Assembly (NCBI RefSeq): GCF_009914755.1
Contig: NC_060926.1
Reading direction: 5' to 3' (one strand)
Source: the human T2T-CHM13v2.0 reference genome, Homo sapiens
Length of the DNA: 64,000 nt
The stretch's first letter is position 1, and each line of letters starts with the position of its first letter. The position numbers were made by a program, and so were the translations under genes. Of this stretch, positions 1 to 14,623 are shown piece by piece. A model generated the notes under the pieces. That model saw nothing but the letters and a program-made list of their open reading frames with translations, did not search any database and was not told where the DNA came from.

Positions 1-18
1 ATCAGTCACACATTTTAA

Positions 19-399
<381 letters not shown>

Positions 400-819
400 A
401 CAAATGGTTCTTTCAAAGTCCCCTGGCTTCACCCCATCCTTCAGTGTCCATTTTTCATCTCCTTCCCCACTTTGGTCTCCTATCTCACCAGATTAAGGAA
501 AATGCAATGTCTTCCCTATGCAATTGCTGCTTTGCACGGAAAATCACCTTTAAGCCAAACCAATAATCTACAAACCAAAAGAAAACAAGAGGGGAAGGGA
601 CGAATAACTGATTTCCCTGCGAGCCCTACCTAGTTTTCATCTGGCACATTCTGCTTCTAAGTGGTTGCTGGTCACACTGGCAGATAGCCTGTTTCTCCTT
701 AACTCTTCCTCCTCAACCACCTACTCTCTCATTAAAGAAAAAATTAAGAAAGTTTCCTGATTATAAAAATGATAAATACATTTGGAAAAGAGAACACATT
801 GTCCCACCCCCGCTACATT

Positions 820-1266
820 TTTGGTTTTCTTTTGTTTTGTTTTTTAGAGACATGGTCTCACTCTGTTGCCCAGGGTGGAGTGCAGTGGCATGATCATGGC
901 TCACTGCAGACTCAACTCCTGGGCTCCCTACGACGATTAAAAAATGACTTTCAGGCCAGGGATGGTGCTTGTGCCTGAAAAATCAAAATTTTCAGTGCTT
1001 TTGGAGGCTAAGGCAGGAAAATTGCTTGAGCCCAGGAGTTTGAGACCAGCCTAGGCAACTTAGCAAGACTCTGTCTTTACAAAAAAATTAAAGAATTAAG
1101 TGGGCATCTTGGCATGTGCCTGTAGTCCTAGCTACTTAGGAGGCTGAGGCGGGAGGATGATTTGAGCGCAGGAGTTTGAGACTGCAGTGAGCCACGATCA
1201 TGCCACTGTACTCCAGCCTGGGTGACAAAACAAGAGTCTGTCTCTAAAAAAAAAAAAAAAAAAAAA
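820..1266. mobile_element. Antisense Alu right-arm fragment (~820-927) next to a sense, diverged AluJ-like element (~954-1266)
   Basis: Recognisable Alu motifs in both orientations; A-tail at ~1246-1266. Confidence 0.88.
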
Positions 1267-1728
1267 TGTAGGGTGGCTTTCTGAAGCCATGCTTGGCCCT
1301 TCCCTCTCAGGGGTTTCCAGAGGAGGCAGATGAGCAACGTTGATCTCTGACCCTCAACTCCATTGTTCACCTGCTGCCATGCAAAGTGCCTCAACCGCAG
1401 GGTTTGTAACTTCGTGCAGATTATCACAGCTGCCCAGATGTTCATTTTAACTGAATTTCACTCATATAAAAGTGAAGGAAATGGGCAGGAAATGAGGAGA
1501 GGGGCCCAGTAGTGAGATTGTATTTTTATAATGGAAATAGCACCAGCCTGGGGGCCGAGCTGTCAATTTGAGTTCAACCTTTACCAATGACTAGCTGTTC
1601 CTTACACAAGTCCCCAGCCTCTATAAGTGTTTACTTTATCATTTGTGAAATAATACAATTGATTTTATTATCTCTAAGGTTCTTTAAGTTGCTCTGTCAT
1701 AGAGTTTAAGAATAAAATGTGAGAGCTA

Positions 1729-1813
1729 GGCTGGGCTTGGTGGCTCATGCCTGTAATCCTGGCACTTTGGGAGGCTAAGAAAGAAAGAAGAAGAAGAAGA
1801 AGAAGAAGAAGAA
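1729..1813 (+). repeat. Alu 5' fragment running directly into a (GAA)9 microsatellite
   Basis: GGCTGGGCTTGGTGGCTCATGCCTGTAATCC...GGGAGGCT, then GAA repeats at 1787-1813. Confidence 0.9.
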
Positions 1814-2429
1814 GGAGAAAAATAATAAAATGTTTATTTGACTAATCTACTTTCTCCCCCACCATGTTTTTCCTCTTTTCACCTCAAAGACCTATCAGTT
1901 TTCACTGTTTCTTGTTACCCAGCTTTGCCGCTGTTCTTTTTGGTAAGGAGTGAAATATTTTTTCCAACTGTTCATGCAGCAGGCAAACTTGTCTTACTTC
2001 TCAGTCATTTTTTGCTTTTCTCCGTGCCCTCTCTGTTGTCTTCCTAGCCTTTTATCCCAAACTAGGCCTCACACAAGCAGGTTTGCCTCTCTGATCTGTG
2101 GCTTTAATTAACATAACGAATGAGCAAACAAGTCTTTATTGGGCATTTACAATGAACAGTGCACAGCTTGGTGCTGTTGAAGATAAAATAGGTTTAAGAC
2201 ATGTTCTCAGCCTTCAAGGAGACAAGACCTCTGGGGCTTCAAATCCCTTAGCTGCCTTATGTTCTACCACTAACATCTGGGTGCCAACAGTGCTACCCAT
2301 CCCCCCACACCCACCCAACGCTACTGTGCTCTGAAACCAGCTCTTCGGTGGGATGCTGTGTCTCCACACTCTGGTTTTTTTCCTTCTCTCACTTCTTCCT
2401 GGCTTCCTTTTGCTGGATTCTCCCTCTGG

Positions 2430-3250
2430 GTCCATCCATTAATTGGATCTTCAGAGGCTCTATCCTAGGCCCTCTGCTTCTCTCAGTCTCTTTTCATTCC
2501 CTGGATGAGTTCAACCATACTCATGACTTCAGTTACCATCTATATGCAGATAATTCCCTTGTGTGTGTGTGTGTGTGTGTGTATTCCTGGTTGCTATGGT
2601 TTATCTCCACCAAAACTCAGGTTGAGGCTTAGTCCCCAGTGTAATGATATTGAGACATGGTGAGACCTTTAAGAGGCATTTGGGTCATGAGGGATCTGCC
2701 CTCACGAAGGGATTAATGCAGTTTCTTGAGCGTGTGAGAGCAGGTTGTTATAAAGTGAGGCTGCCTCTCATGTTTGCTCTTCTCGCATGTGCCCGCCTCC
2801 CCTTTTGCTTCTCTGCAATGTTATAACACAGCATGAGGCCCTTACCGGCAGCTGGCCAGATGGGCCACCCAGTCTTTCATCTCCTGGCCTCCAGAATTGT
2901 GAGCTAAATCAACTTCTTTCCTTAATAAATTATTCAGCTTCAGGTATTTTGTTATAGCAACAGAATATGGATGAAGACACTGGTCTTTCTTTGGGTTCCA
3001 GACCTGTATATCCAGTTGCCTCATGGGCAGCTCCACTTCGACATCACATAGACACCTCATACTCCCCATGGTCACCACCGAGTGTATCACCTTTCCCACC
3101 ACCCTGCTCCTTTTCCCTTCCCAGTGTTCTCAAACTCAGTAGATGGCACTGCTATTGTCTATCCAGCTGTTCAATCCAGCAACCTAGGACTCCTCATTTC
3201 CACAATCTTCCTGTCCCTGCCCCCAAATCCAATCAAATTGCCTTATAAAT
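2430..3250 (+). mobile_element. L2 LINE remnant split by (GT)11 and an MST LTR
   Basis: L2-like 'TCATGACTTCAGTTACCATCTATATGCAGATAATTCCC' before the LTR; L2-like sequence resumes after it. Confidence 0.65.
2592..2979 (+). mobile_element. Solo MaLR LTR (MST family)
   Basis: TG...CA ends (TGCTATGGTTT ... GAAGACA), internal AATAAA, MST-type 3' end GTTATAGCAACAG, 5-bp TSD CTGGT (2587-2591 and 2980-2984). Confidence 0.9.
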
Positions 3251-3261
3251 ATCTTGAGATA

Positions 3262-3352
3262 AGCCAGGCATGGTGGCTCATACCTATAATCCCAGCACTT
3301 TGGGAGGCCAAGGTGAGAGGATCAGGCCAGGAGTTTGAGACCAGCTTGGACC
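3262..3352 (+). mobile_element. Truncated Alu left monomer
   Basis: GCCAGGCATGGTGGCTCATACCTATAATCCCAGCACTTTGGGAGG...GAGACCAGC. Confidence 0.85.
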
Positions 3353-3394
3353 AAGCTTGGCGGTTTGGATTAATATACATATATACATGTATGG

Positions 3395-3474
3395 ACTAGT
3401 ATACATATGTATATATGTGCGCACATATATATGTGTGTATATATGTGCGCACATATATACATATGTATGCTAGT
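3395..3474. repeat. 80-bp quasi-palindrome (37-bp arms, 1 mismatch, 6-nt spacer)
   Basis: 3395-3431 is the reverse complement of 3438-3474 except at one position. Confidence 0.93.
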
Positions 3475-3494
3475 TCAAACCTCCAAACTTCCAA

Positions 3495-3920
3495 ACATTA
3501 TCTCAGCCAGAATATATAAAGAATGCCTACAAATGAATAAGAAAAAGACAACCCAATTTAAAATGGACAAAAGACTTAAACAGGCACTTTACAAAAGAGG
3601 GCATCCAAACAACCAGTATGCATAGGAAAGGGCATTTACTGTCATGATCAAGTTAAATGCAAGTTAAAACTGCAACGGGGTACCAGTACATCTCCACTGA
3701 AACAGCTAACCTTTTAAAAAACCTGATGATACCAAGTTTTGGTGAGGTGTTGGAGCAGCTGGAATCTTCATACTGACGGAAGTGTAAACTGGCACAACAC
3801 TGTTGGAAACATGTTTGCCTGGAATTAGTAAAAGTAAACATATGCATCCCTTGTAACCCAGCAGTTCAATGCCTGGGTACAAAGCCAACAATAATGGGTG
3901 CTTCTGTCCACCGAAAGATG
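3495..3920 (+). mobile_element. Old L1M 3' region fragment
   Basis: L1-like 'CCAGAATATATAAAGAA...AAGAAAAAGACAACCCAATTTAAAATGGACAAAAGAC'. Confidence 0.8.
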
Positions 3921-4154
3921 TGACCTGGGTTCATGATTTTGTTGCTTTTCCAACATGGATGTGAAGGAGCTGGATGTGAAGGGGCTCCCTCACATCCTCA
4001 TCACCCCTCACTGTGCCCAGAAGTGGCAGCACGCACTGCTTCCCTGCCAACATGAGCCCTTCAGCTAAACCTTGGTCACCAGTCCAGATGACCCAGTATT
4101 CTGTCCTGCATACTGACCTCAACTGGGATTAACTCCATCCATCAGATTCTAGTG

Positions 4155-4455
4155 CAGGCCCACAATCCTTATTCAGGAGTTAGAATTTTCCAGATTTTGG
4201 GAAGTAATGGTATATACATATCATAGTCTATCTAACACCCCATGTTTCACTGCAGATATATGAATGTGTTCGGAGCAGCTCCATGATCAAACACCTTAAC
4301 ATATTTGTAGTGAAACATAGGATAAATAAAAACTATGCCCTCCCATAAGGTCCAGTCAGATTTTGCTGCCATGTTAGTTTTAGTGCCACCTTCTGAAAAA
4401 ACTCATTTTCCAGCCCTTTATGGATTTCAGAATTGCAGACAAGATTGTGGGCCTG
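4155..4455. mobile_element. Non-autonomous DNA transposon (Tigger/TcMar-like MITE)
   Basis: Perfect 13-bp TIRs CAGGCCCACAATC (4155-4167) and GATTGTGGGCCTG (4443-4455); family assignment is inference. Confidence 0.75.
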
Positions 4456-5644
4456 TGGGAGGAGGGGTGGCCTTTGTCAGCGCAGGGAGGGAAAAAAAGA
4501 AATCAAAACTGTTCATTTCCATTTCCCCAAGACAACCAACAGCCCCTGGCCTTATATCTACATAACCAAAGGACCCTCCAGTGGTTTTTTTCCAAGGGGA
4601 GTCGGTGTATCTACTGCTAGAATGAGGAGTGACGAGAAACTTGTAAATAGTTTTTCTTGTTAAAAAAAAAAATTTCTACCACATCTGGCTCCACACTACA
4701 GTAGGTGCAGCCCGAAGTATAAGATTCAAGTTCCTTGCTCTTACTCACTTAGCTGAAATGCTTGAGGTTTCTATAACACATATTCCCTGTGCTTCCTTAA
4801 TAGACACAAAAACACCCATGTGTATGGCTTTAATTTTGAGGCATTTAACTAGATATATAACAATGCACAAAGTAATTTCCCCAGCTCCTTTCCATGACAA
4901 CTATTTACATACCCTAGCATAACACTTCCTATGAGTTGGCCCTACAGCCAGAGTAGGAATACAGCCAGGGATGGGGTGGAGGAGGCAGGGCAGCATGGAG
5001 AGGCTGGATAAAATGATATTTCAGTATTTTTAGTGAGACAGAAAAAAATTCATGCAAACAGCTCTATTCCCTCCCCCTCTTTTTGTTTTGTAAAATCTTT
5101 CTTTCTCCAAAGCTCAGTTTTGAATTAGACCCTTGTTGACCATGTCTGCTTAAGTCTTAGATAAAGACTTATTTATTTGACCTGCATATCCATAGTTGCT
5201 AGAACTGCTCATTTCAATTTTCCTATTGTGTACACTGTGTTGGGAAGCTTGGCAGGAAGCACACTATGGAAATGTGGAACCGAACAGTTGAATGTGTGTG
5301 ATTTGGGAAGTTCAGCAGATGCCAGGGCTTAGCAGGCTCCCGGCTTGTTCAAGACTAATCCTGTGGATTTTCATTCTTGTGGGCCTCATGCCCCTTAAGT
5401 CTGAGGGCTGGGTCCCGCTGGGTCCCACCCAGACTCAGTCCACACAGCTATCTCTCAGCTGTCCTACTAGTAACGACCAAGGTAGTGCTGTGCTGACTCT
5501 TGGATGCTCTCCTCTTCCCTCTCCCCAAGGAAGTGGAGGGTTCCAGAAATGGCCCTGGTCAAGGCTGCCGTGTTTTCTCTGGACATGAGTGTAGACTCCA
5601 GGTTGGATTCTAGGAGACCTGAGGGACTGACAATGCAAACTCAT

Positions 5645-6090
5645 CTTCCCTATAGCAGATGACATGTGTCACCCAGATCCCCCCTCCAAGACTGAAGCAC
5701 TCATGCCCCCATCTACTGGGAGTGCTGACGGCGGCAACTGTCCGCTGAGTTCCTCTCTGACACTTGTCCTCTGCTGCAGAGAGAGTCACCTTGCCTAAGA
5801 TGAAGCTCACATTGACCACGGGCAGCCCACATCTAATGACTGGCGGACGCAGGAGTAAAAAGGGTTCGTCCTTTCACCCCAATTTGTAATAACTCTGGGC
5901 CATCCCACCACCAGAGCTCCCTGAAAGATCAGCTGAGGTCTTTACCATGATTGCACTGCAGTTCAACTTCTCTCTTTGTCCATTCCTACCCACCTCACTT
6001 CCCCTCAGGCGTTGATGCTGTACCTACCCTTCAATAAACTTCCTGCTTGCCAACCTCTGTTTCCGAGCTTGGAAACCTTACCTACAGCAC
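5645..6090 (+). mobile_element. ERVL-type solo LTR (LTR16-like)
   Basis: TGTCACCCAGATCCCCCT near the start; CAATAAACTTCCTGC and an LTR16-like 3' end. Confidence 0.6.
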
Positions 6091-6199
6091 CCCCTTTATC
6101 GGGCAGGTAGAGCCCTGTGTCTGGGGGACCATGCCTTCTTCATGCAATTCATGCTGCCCTCCCCCTCCACCCTATCCTGCCATCCTTTGAAAACTCAAA

Positions 6200-6535
6200 T
6201 TGGTCTAAACGATTCAGGATGGCGCTATACACTCTCGCCAGTGATTGGCTTAGGAAGGGTCATGTGACTGTGTTCTAGCCAATGAGACGAGAAGGGAACT
6301 TGGGTAGAGAACTGTAGGAAAGGTTTTCTGGGTCATAACAAGAGACAAGGGAAGAAAGAGTCCCTTTTCTGTCGGATGTTGGCTCTGACTGAGATGCCTG
6401 AAATAGCTGTAGAAAGCAATAGATGTGAGAAGAAGATGGAGCCAAGAGAACAGCAGAGAAGTCAGACTGAAGCAGAGCCACGACGTGCTGGGTTGGAGCC
6501 TACTCTGCCTGTGATTTTCTTGTCATGTGTGATAC
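6200..6535. mobile_element. Old MaLR (MLT1-like) LTR fragment
   Basis: GTGATTGGCTTAGG...GGTCATGTGAC...GCCAATGAGA pattern typical of MLT1 elements. Confidence 0.55.
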
Positions 6536-7164
6536 ATCCCCTTTGACAGCACAGAAGGGATTTGTCACACAAGTACTTAATGATGAAGTTGCATCAAATT
6601 TGCAATTTTAGTTCTAGTTCCAACTGCCCATTTCATTTTCCCACCCTTTGGGGGCCTTTGTGTTTTGAAATCCTTGGTTGTCAGGATTCTTTTCTTCTTG
6701 GAAGTTTTCTAGTGATCCAAACTCTCTTTTTTTCCTGATTTTTGATGGCCATAAACATGTCTGATTGATCAACTAAACTGCTTCCTTTTTCCATGGCCTT
6801 ATGGGTGTAAAATTTATACGGCCAATGTTATGCAATGTGTATGCAGTGCTGGGGATGGAGGGCTGCTGACTCTGAAAAACCCTTTCCTGGGATGACCTTA
6901 GATGAGAAAAGAAGGAAATGGTGATGAAAAGCTTTCAAAATGTAAGGGAATGTGGCTTGGACCTAAATGGTTAGCACAGACTAGGATATTCTTAGAAAAT
7001 GCCTCCCGCCTCTCTGTAGTTGATTTTGAAATGTCAGTTCATAACTGCCATACAGTTTGGCACAGGGAAAATTGCCTAACACAGCAGTGGGATTGATGGG
7101 TGGAGAAGCCCTTTCTTTTTTCCCACTTGCCCATACTCTTCTCTGCCTAAAGACTGCTGCTTCC

Positions 7165-7560
7165 TTTTTTTTTTTTTTAAAGTGGATGTACAATTTACAA
7201 ACAATAAAATGCACATATTTCAAGCAGTTAACTAATAAAAAAATTATTTTTTTCCAGAAAAGAAAAGCACAAATATGAAGTTTACCGTGTAAAGAGTTGT
7301 GACAATGGTATGCTCCCATGTAACCAACATTCCAATTAAGTGGTAGAATCTTTCTCTTATCCCAGAAAATTCCCTCATGCTTTTTTTTCCAGTTAATTCT
7401 CTCTTTATCCCAGAAGCAACTCGAGTTCTGATTTCTGCCACCATAGATAAGTTCTTGCCTGTTCTTAAACTTCACTTGTACTTGCGTATGACTTCTTTCT
7501 CTCAGCGTAATGTTGGAAGATTCATCTGTGCTGTCGCATGGATCCTGCTTCCCTTTCAGA
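7165..7560 (-). mobile_element. L1M 3'-end fragments, antisense
   Basis: 'ACAATAAAATGCACATATTTCAAG' and 'CTGATTTCTGCCACCATAGATAAGTTCTTGCCTGTTCTTAAACTTC' are L1M 3' UTR motifs. Confidence 0.7.
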
Positions 7561-8469
7561 CTATTTATGGGATCTGTTGCTCTCTGATTTCCCTGACTGC
7601 CGACTGTCGTGTTTGAGGAGGAGGCCCTGCCCTTCCTGGCAATGGTTTTGCTGTAAGACGATTTTGCCAAGTGAGTTTCGTAAGTCACTGGATCCTAAAG
7701 ATCAAGCAGGTGGCTCCTTCCAGGGACAGCCAATTGATTTTTCCATTCTACATGATTATATTGATGATGATGGCGTCAGAACCCTTTGGAATGAGGACAG
7801 AATGGCAGTTCCTCCAGTGGAGGGCCCAGGACAAATGTTGAGAATGCGAAGCATTCTATGCCAAGATACCACTCATACTTTATCCTGATGGGGACTTGGT
7901 TCCATGGCCAAGACTGAGGAGGGAAACAAACATTTATTAAGCCCCAAATGTTTGCAGGTACTTGGCCATAAATGACCTAATTTCCTCTTCCTGAGAACTC
8001 TTTAGATGTTACTGTTCCCATGTGGACCACACTTGGCTTCTTCCCAAGGTGGGAGTTGAACCTGGAATTGGGGATTTCCATACCATGGTTTTTCACTAGC
8101 AGCAGCCAAGACCTAGGCCACTGTATCCATCTGAGTTGTTGCATGCATATCTCCATGTGGTGGTTAAACCTCACAATCATGTCCACAACTGGATTGCCAC
8201 AAAGCAAGACTTGGAGCGAGATACACTCCCTTTCTTCCTTTCTCAATAAGAGCCACCTAGAGTTGGGAGATTGGTCTTCATTTTCTAAAAATATTCTCTT
8301 TCTCCATAGCCAGGCAGCTTTGATCTTTGGTAAAGGTGGGCAGATCTTTGTTATGCCCCCTGGAAATCACTGTTTTGTAACAGTTATGTTTACAACTGAG
8401 ATGGTTTCTAAACCCTGAGAAGCATAACAAAGGGCGATGCCAGCAAAAAGGCATTAAGTTCTCTAATAG

Positions 8470-9340
8470 GCTTATGTCCTGATAATCATATTAATGGCAC
8501 TGTCTCATGCTTGATGCTGCCATTATGGGCCTCTCGTCTTGAATATAATTTTTCAGTTTGATGATAATTAAGACTATGATTTTGCATTTCTCCTTACTGA
8601 GAATTCTATTCCCAAAACAATATGATGACCGTAATAGAGACAGCTGTTCATGCCCCTCCAAATTGTTGACCATAGGTACCACCACAATGTCCTATACACG
8701 CTGGACTTTACTAACCTGGGAATTTTAAGTTCTTTCAGCATCAGGACTCTGGAATATGGAGCAAGTCCCCTGGGAATCATTACATTTGTTTCTATATCTG
8801 CATCTGATAATGAGGCTGTTTTTCAACTGTTACAAAGTCCAAAGTCATAGTAACCTTCGGAGCAAAGGACCTGCTTTAAGAGCCAGGTGATTTTTAACCT
8901 GTGATTTAATTGTCCAACGTTCAAGATATTATCTCTGGTATTAGGTATTTGGCTTCCAGAAAGCTACTTTTGGGGCCTCATTTGCCAGTTCCAAGGGATT
9001 GGAGTAGAATTCTAAGAATTCCAGTGCCAAGCTTCCACACTTTCCATCAATAATTAATATTTTAGCCATTGAGAGAGGTGGTTGTTGTTTTCATAATTCC
9101 ACTTGGGACTGATTAACAGACTAGGAAACATTGCCATCCTTCTGTGACAACCTAAGTTGGAGGATATACAAAGTTTGGGGATTTCTGCTGCTGATGCTAT
9201 CTGTGTGTGCCTGGCCCTTAGACAGGCTGGGAACTTTTCTAGATCTGTGCTGAAAGGAGGAGGGAGATACAGGGCTCAGGCACCCATCTGGCCATGGGGT
9301 TTGCCACCGAGGAAGAAGGCTTTCATTCTGAACCATGTCC
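8470..9340 (-). mobile_element. Fossil non-L1 LINE reverse-transcriptase fragment (L4/RTE-X- or CR1-like)
   Basis: Degenerate RT motifs in the expected order on the - strand: TPWPDG (~KAPGPDG), LKQG..AP, frameshifted Y..DIVV (~YADD), QLSLLRSSYCFGNRILSKEKCKIIVL. Confidence 0.5.
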
Positions 9341-9720
9341 AAAGGGCTGCAGGAGTTGGTTCCAACAGAACCAAGAAGGTGGAAGCCAGCTCTGGGCTTA
9401 TAGATGTTTGAGTTCCAGGGTGGCATCTCCATGGGGTCTGTACCTGAATGGCAGGTTGTTGGGGTGCTCCTGGTTAGTGAGGCAGAGGCAGTAAAGAACA
9501 AAGGAGGTGGGTGTAGACCAGGGCTGTGGCTCTGTGGGCATGAAGGTGTCCTAGGCTGGCCAGGTGAAGTGAGGCAAACCGCAGACCTTGAAGGCTGAGA
9601 AGGAGGGGCATTCAGGTCTGCTTGCTCAAAAGCTTGCAGTCTGGCTGGGCAAAAATACCAGGTGGATGCTGGCACCAAAGGGGACACAGGAAACTTGCTG
9701 AAGATCAGCCCGTTTCCTCA

Positions 9721-10203
<483 letters not shown>

Positions 10204-11547
10204 CTACAGGAGTGACAACACGCTGGGAAGCAGGAGTGCCAAGGGAGAAATCTATGACCTAGAAACTTTTTATAGACCCTCTTCAGACTGTCAGATCAAC
10301 AGTCTTCACAGCCACAAAGAAATGGGCACATTCACAAATGTTCTCAGGATAAATGAGCAGTCTGGATGCCTTCCACTCCACCTTCTCCAGGAAGCCTCCC
10401 AGACTTTCCCAACCCTGACTAATTGTTCCCCTACCTGATCACTTCTCCTCCACGTCCCATAAATGCTGTTGTTCCTTTGGGGAGACTGTTGCCCAGCCAT
10501 AGTGCCTGTCCCTTGCCTGGTGCTTTTTATCTTCTGCTCTCCTGGTCATTCCCTCTTGCCCACTCTCTTAAAACTTTAGCTCCTGGCTCCATGGCCTTCA
10601 CACCATAACTGCCATTCCTCCTCACATCCTGGATGGCTTTCCTGTTCACACAGAGGACCTATCCAGTGCCCTCTTAATCTCTTGACCTCATATTCTCCAA
10701 TGACTTTCTCCTCTATGCCTCCCCATCATGTCCTGGCATTGTCATGGCCCTAAACTTCTCCACCTCCTGAACTCCTTACTTCAGATCCAGATCTCTGACC
10801 CAATTCCTCTCCTTCTGGTGTGACTTGGTCTTGACTCCTTGACTTTTCCAGTCCTTTGGCTCCTGTCCTTTCTCTCTGATCATTCACCGTGCCACCTCAC
10901 CTTTGCCAAAGCTCTCAATTCCTTTGCTCCTCTGCCCTGGTAATTTCCTCATTTGAGCTGGCACCACAGTGGGCAGCTGAGCTGTTGGAAGAAACCACAC
11001 AGGAGGGCCAAAGCGCACCTTAAAAGTTCACAGGCACCAGCCTCAAGTGGACTGCCATGCTGCCTTGCTATCTGGCTGTTTCTCTGGTCATCACGACCCT
11101 CCCAAACTCCTGCAGTGACTGTCATACCTTCTCCACTCTCTTCAAATCTGTCATCTCTCCTTGCCCTATTGCTAGCCTCCTTTATGTCACAGAGTTAAGA
11201 GGAAATCATCAGGTGGAAAGATTCAACTATCTCTGTGATGGCAGCCTGGCTCAGTCCTCCTCCAGCCTCCTTCCTCCTGTTATAATACAGAAGGTGGCCC
11301 CTGCCTCAGATCAGCCTTTCCACCCACACTCTGGTCCATCCCTCCCATGGGCACAGGAGCCTTTGTGCTCCATTGTCCTTTCTCTACTGTACCTTCATCT
11401 TCCTCTTCTCTGTGGGATCCTCCTTATTTGCATTTAAATATACTGAAGTAATTCCATCCTAAAAATAATTAAAATACATAAACCAAAATAAACCCACTGC
11501 TGACATAACATTCCCCTCCAGCTATTTCTCTGACTTTTCACAGTTAA

Positions 11548-12046
<499 letters not shown>

Positions 12047-12271
12047 AGCCATTTTTAAAAAAAGACATGGGGGTCTCGCTATGTTGCCCAGGCTGGCCTC
12101 AAATTGGGCTCAAGCTATCCTCCCACCTCAGTCTCCTGAGTAGCTGACACTACAGGTGTGTGCCACTAGACACATCTTTTGTCACCCATTTTGAGTGCTG
12201 TTGACTACTGCCTCCTGCTTAGAGTGCTTTTGTCCCTGGACTCTGTGACCCCCACCTCCCCAAACTCCTAG

Positions 12272-12644
<373 letters not shown>

Positions 12645-13559
12645 TAGATAAGAGTTCCTCAAGGCTCAGTGGTAGGTCCTCTTCTGATCTAATTGTACAC
12701 TCTCATAGGAGCCCACAAGCCTCTGGTGACTTCATTACCACTGCCACACCAGCTATTCCAGCCCCAGCCTCTCCTCAGAGCCCCAGACCCTGCAGCCAAC
12801 CACCTGTTCAACATCTCCACCCGGACATCTCACAGGCACCTCAAACCTACTTTGACCAAATTTGAACCTTGAGAGGGTTCTCCAACTCAGAAAATGGCAC
12901 CACCATCCATCTGGTTAAAGAAGCAGAGATCTGGGAGTTTTCCTTGATTCATCCCCCCTAAGCAATTACCAAGTCTCGTTGGTGTCTACCTCTCTACATT
13001 TGCTCTACTGCTTAAACAAATGGCCCCTCTCACATTATAGCAACAGCCTCCTAACTGTCCCTCCATTCCATTCTTCCCCTTTCCCTATTCCTTCTTCACA
13101 CTGCAGTCAGAGTGATCTACTTCAAAATGCAAAATTGAGTGTATGACTCTTGTTTCAAATGTCTCAGGATAAAGTCCAAACTCTGTAATGTGGTGTACTG
13201 GCCCTGCGTGATCTAACCCCTGCCTGCCTCTCTAACTTCCTCCTCAACCACTTCTTCCTTTATAGTCTGAACCAGCCAGGAACTCCTCATGGACTCCCCA
13301 GATGATCTCACCACCTTGCACTCCCTGTGGCCCATATCACAATTGTAATTAATTAATAGTGCATTTAATTGTTAAGCCCCTCTCTCCAGCTAGACTGTGA
13401 GCTCCAAGCAGGGAGTGTGTTTGCCATGTTCACCACTCCAGCGCCTAGTCCTGTGCTGCATCTAGAGGATGGCCAGTACATTTTTGTTGAATAAGTGAAT
13501 AACACATCTCTGCCTACTGATGATGGACCTGGGTCCCAACCTAACAGTAGGGACTATAG

Positions 13560-14063
<504 letters not shown>

Positions 14064-14318
14064 TTACTATAAACTCCTTGGCTGGCCGTTCTTGCAAGCA
14101 TGTCTGTGGCTACAGGGAGTGCATTTAAAGGGAAGACACATATGCATGGAAACAATATACCAATCTGATGGCACAGAAAATCTTCCTTAGATGTCCGCTT
14201 TGTCTCAACACTGCATTTAAATATCAGACAGCAGCCTAGAGATATCTTTATTTAAACCCAGGAACATGGACTCAATATTATTTTGATACAGAATGAAGAC
14301 ATAGACTTCATTTATTAA

Positions 14319-14623
<305 letters not shown>

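Noticed and set aside
6981-7688. 235-aa minus-strand ORF
   Set aside because: It runs through L1M 3' UTR fragments and homopolymer tracts, has a non-ATG start and shows no recognisable domain.
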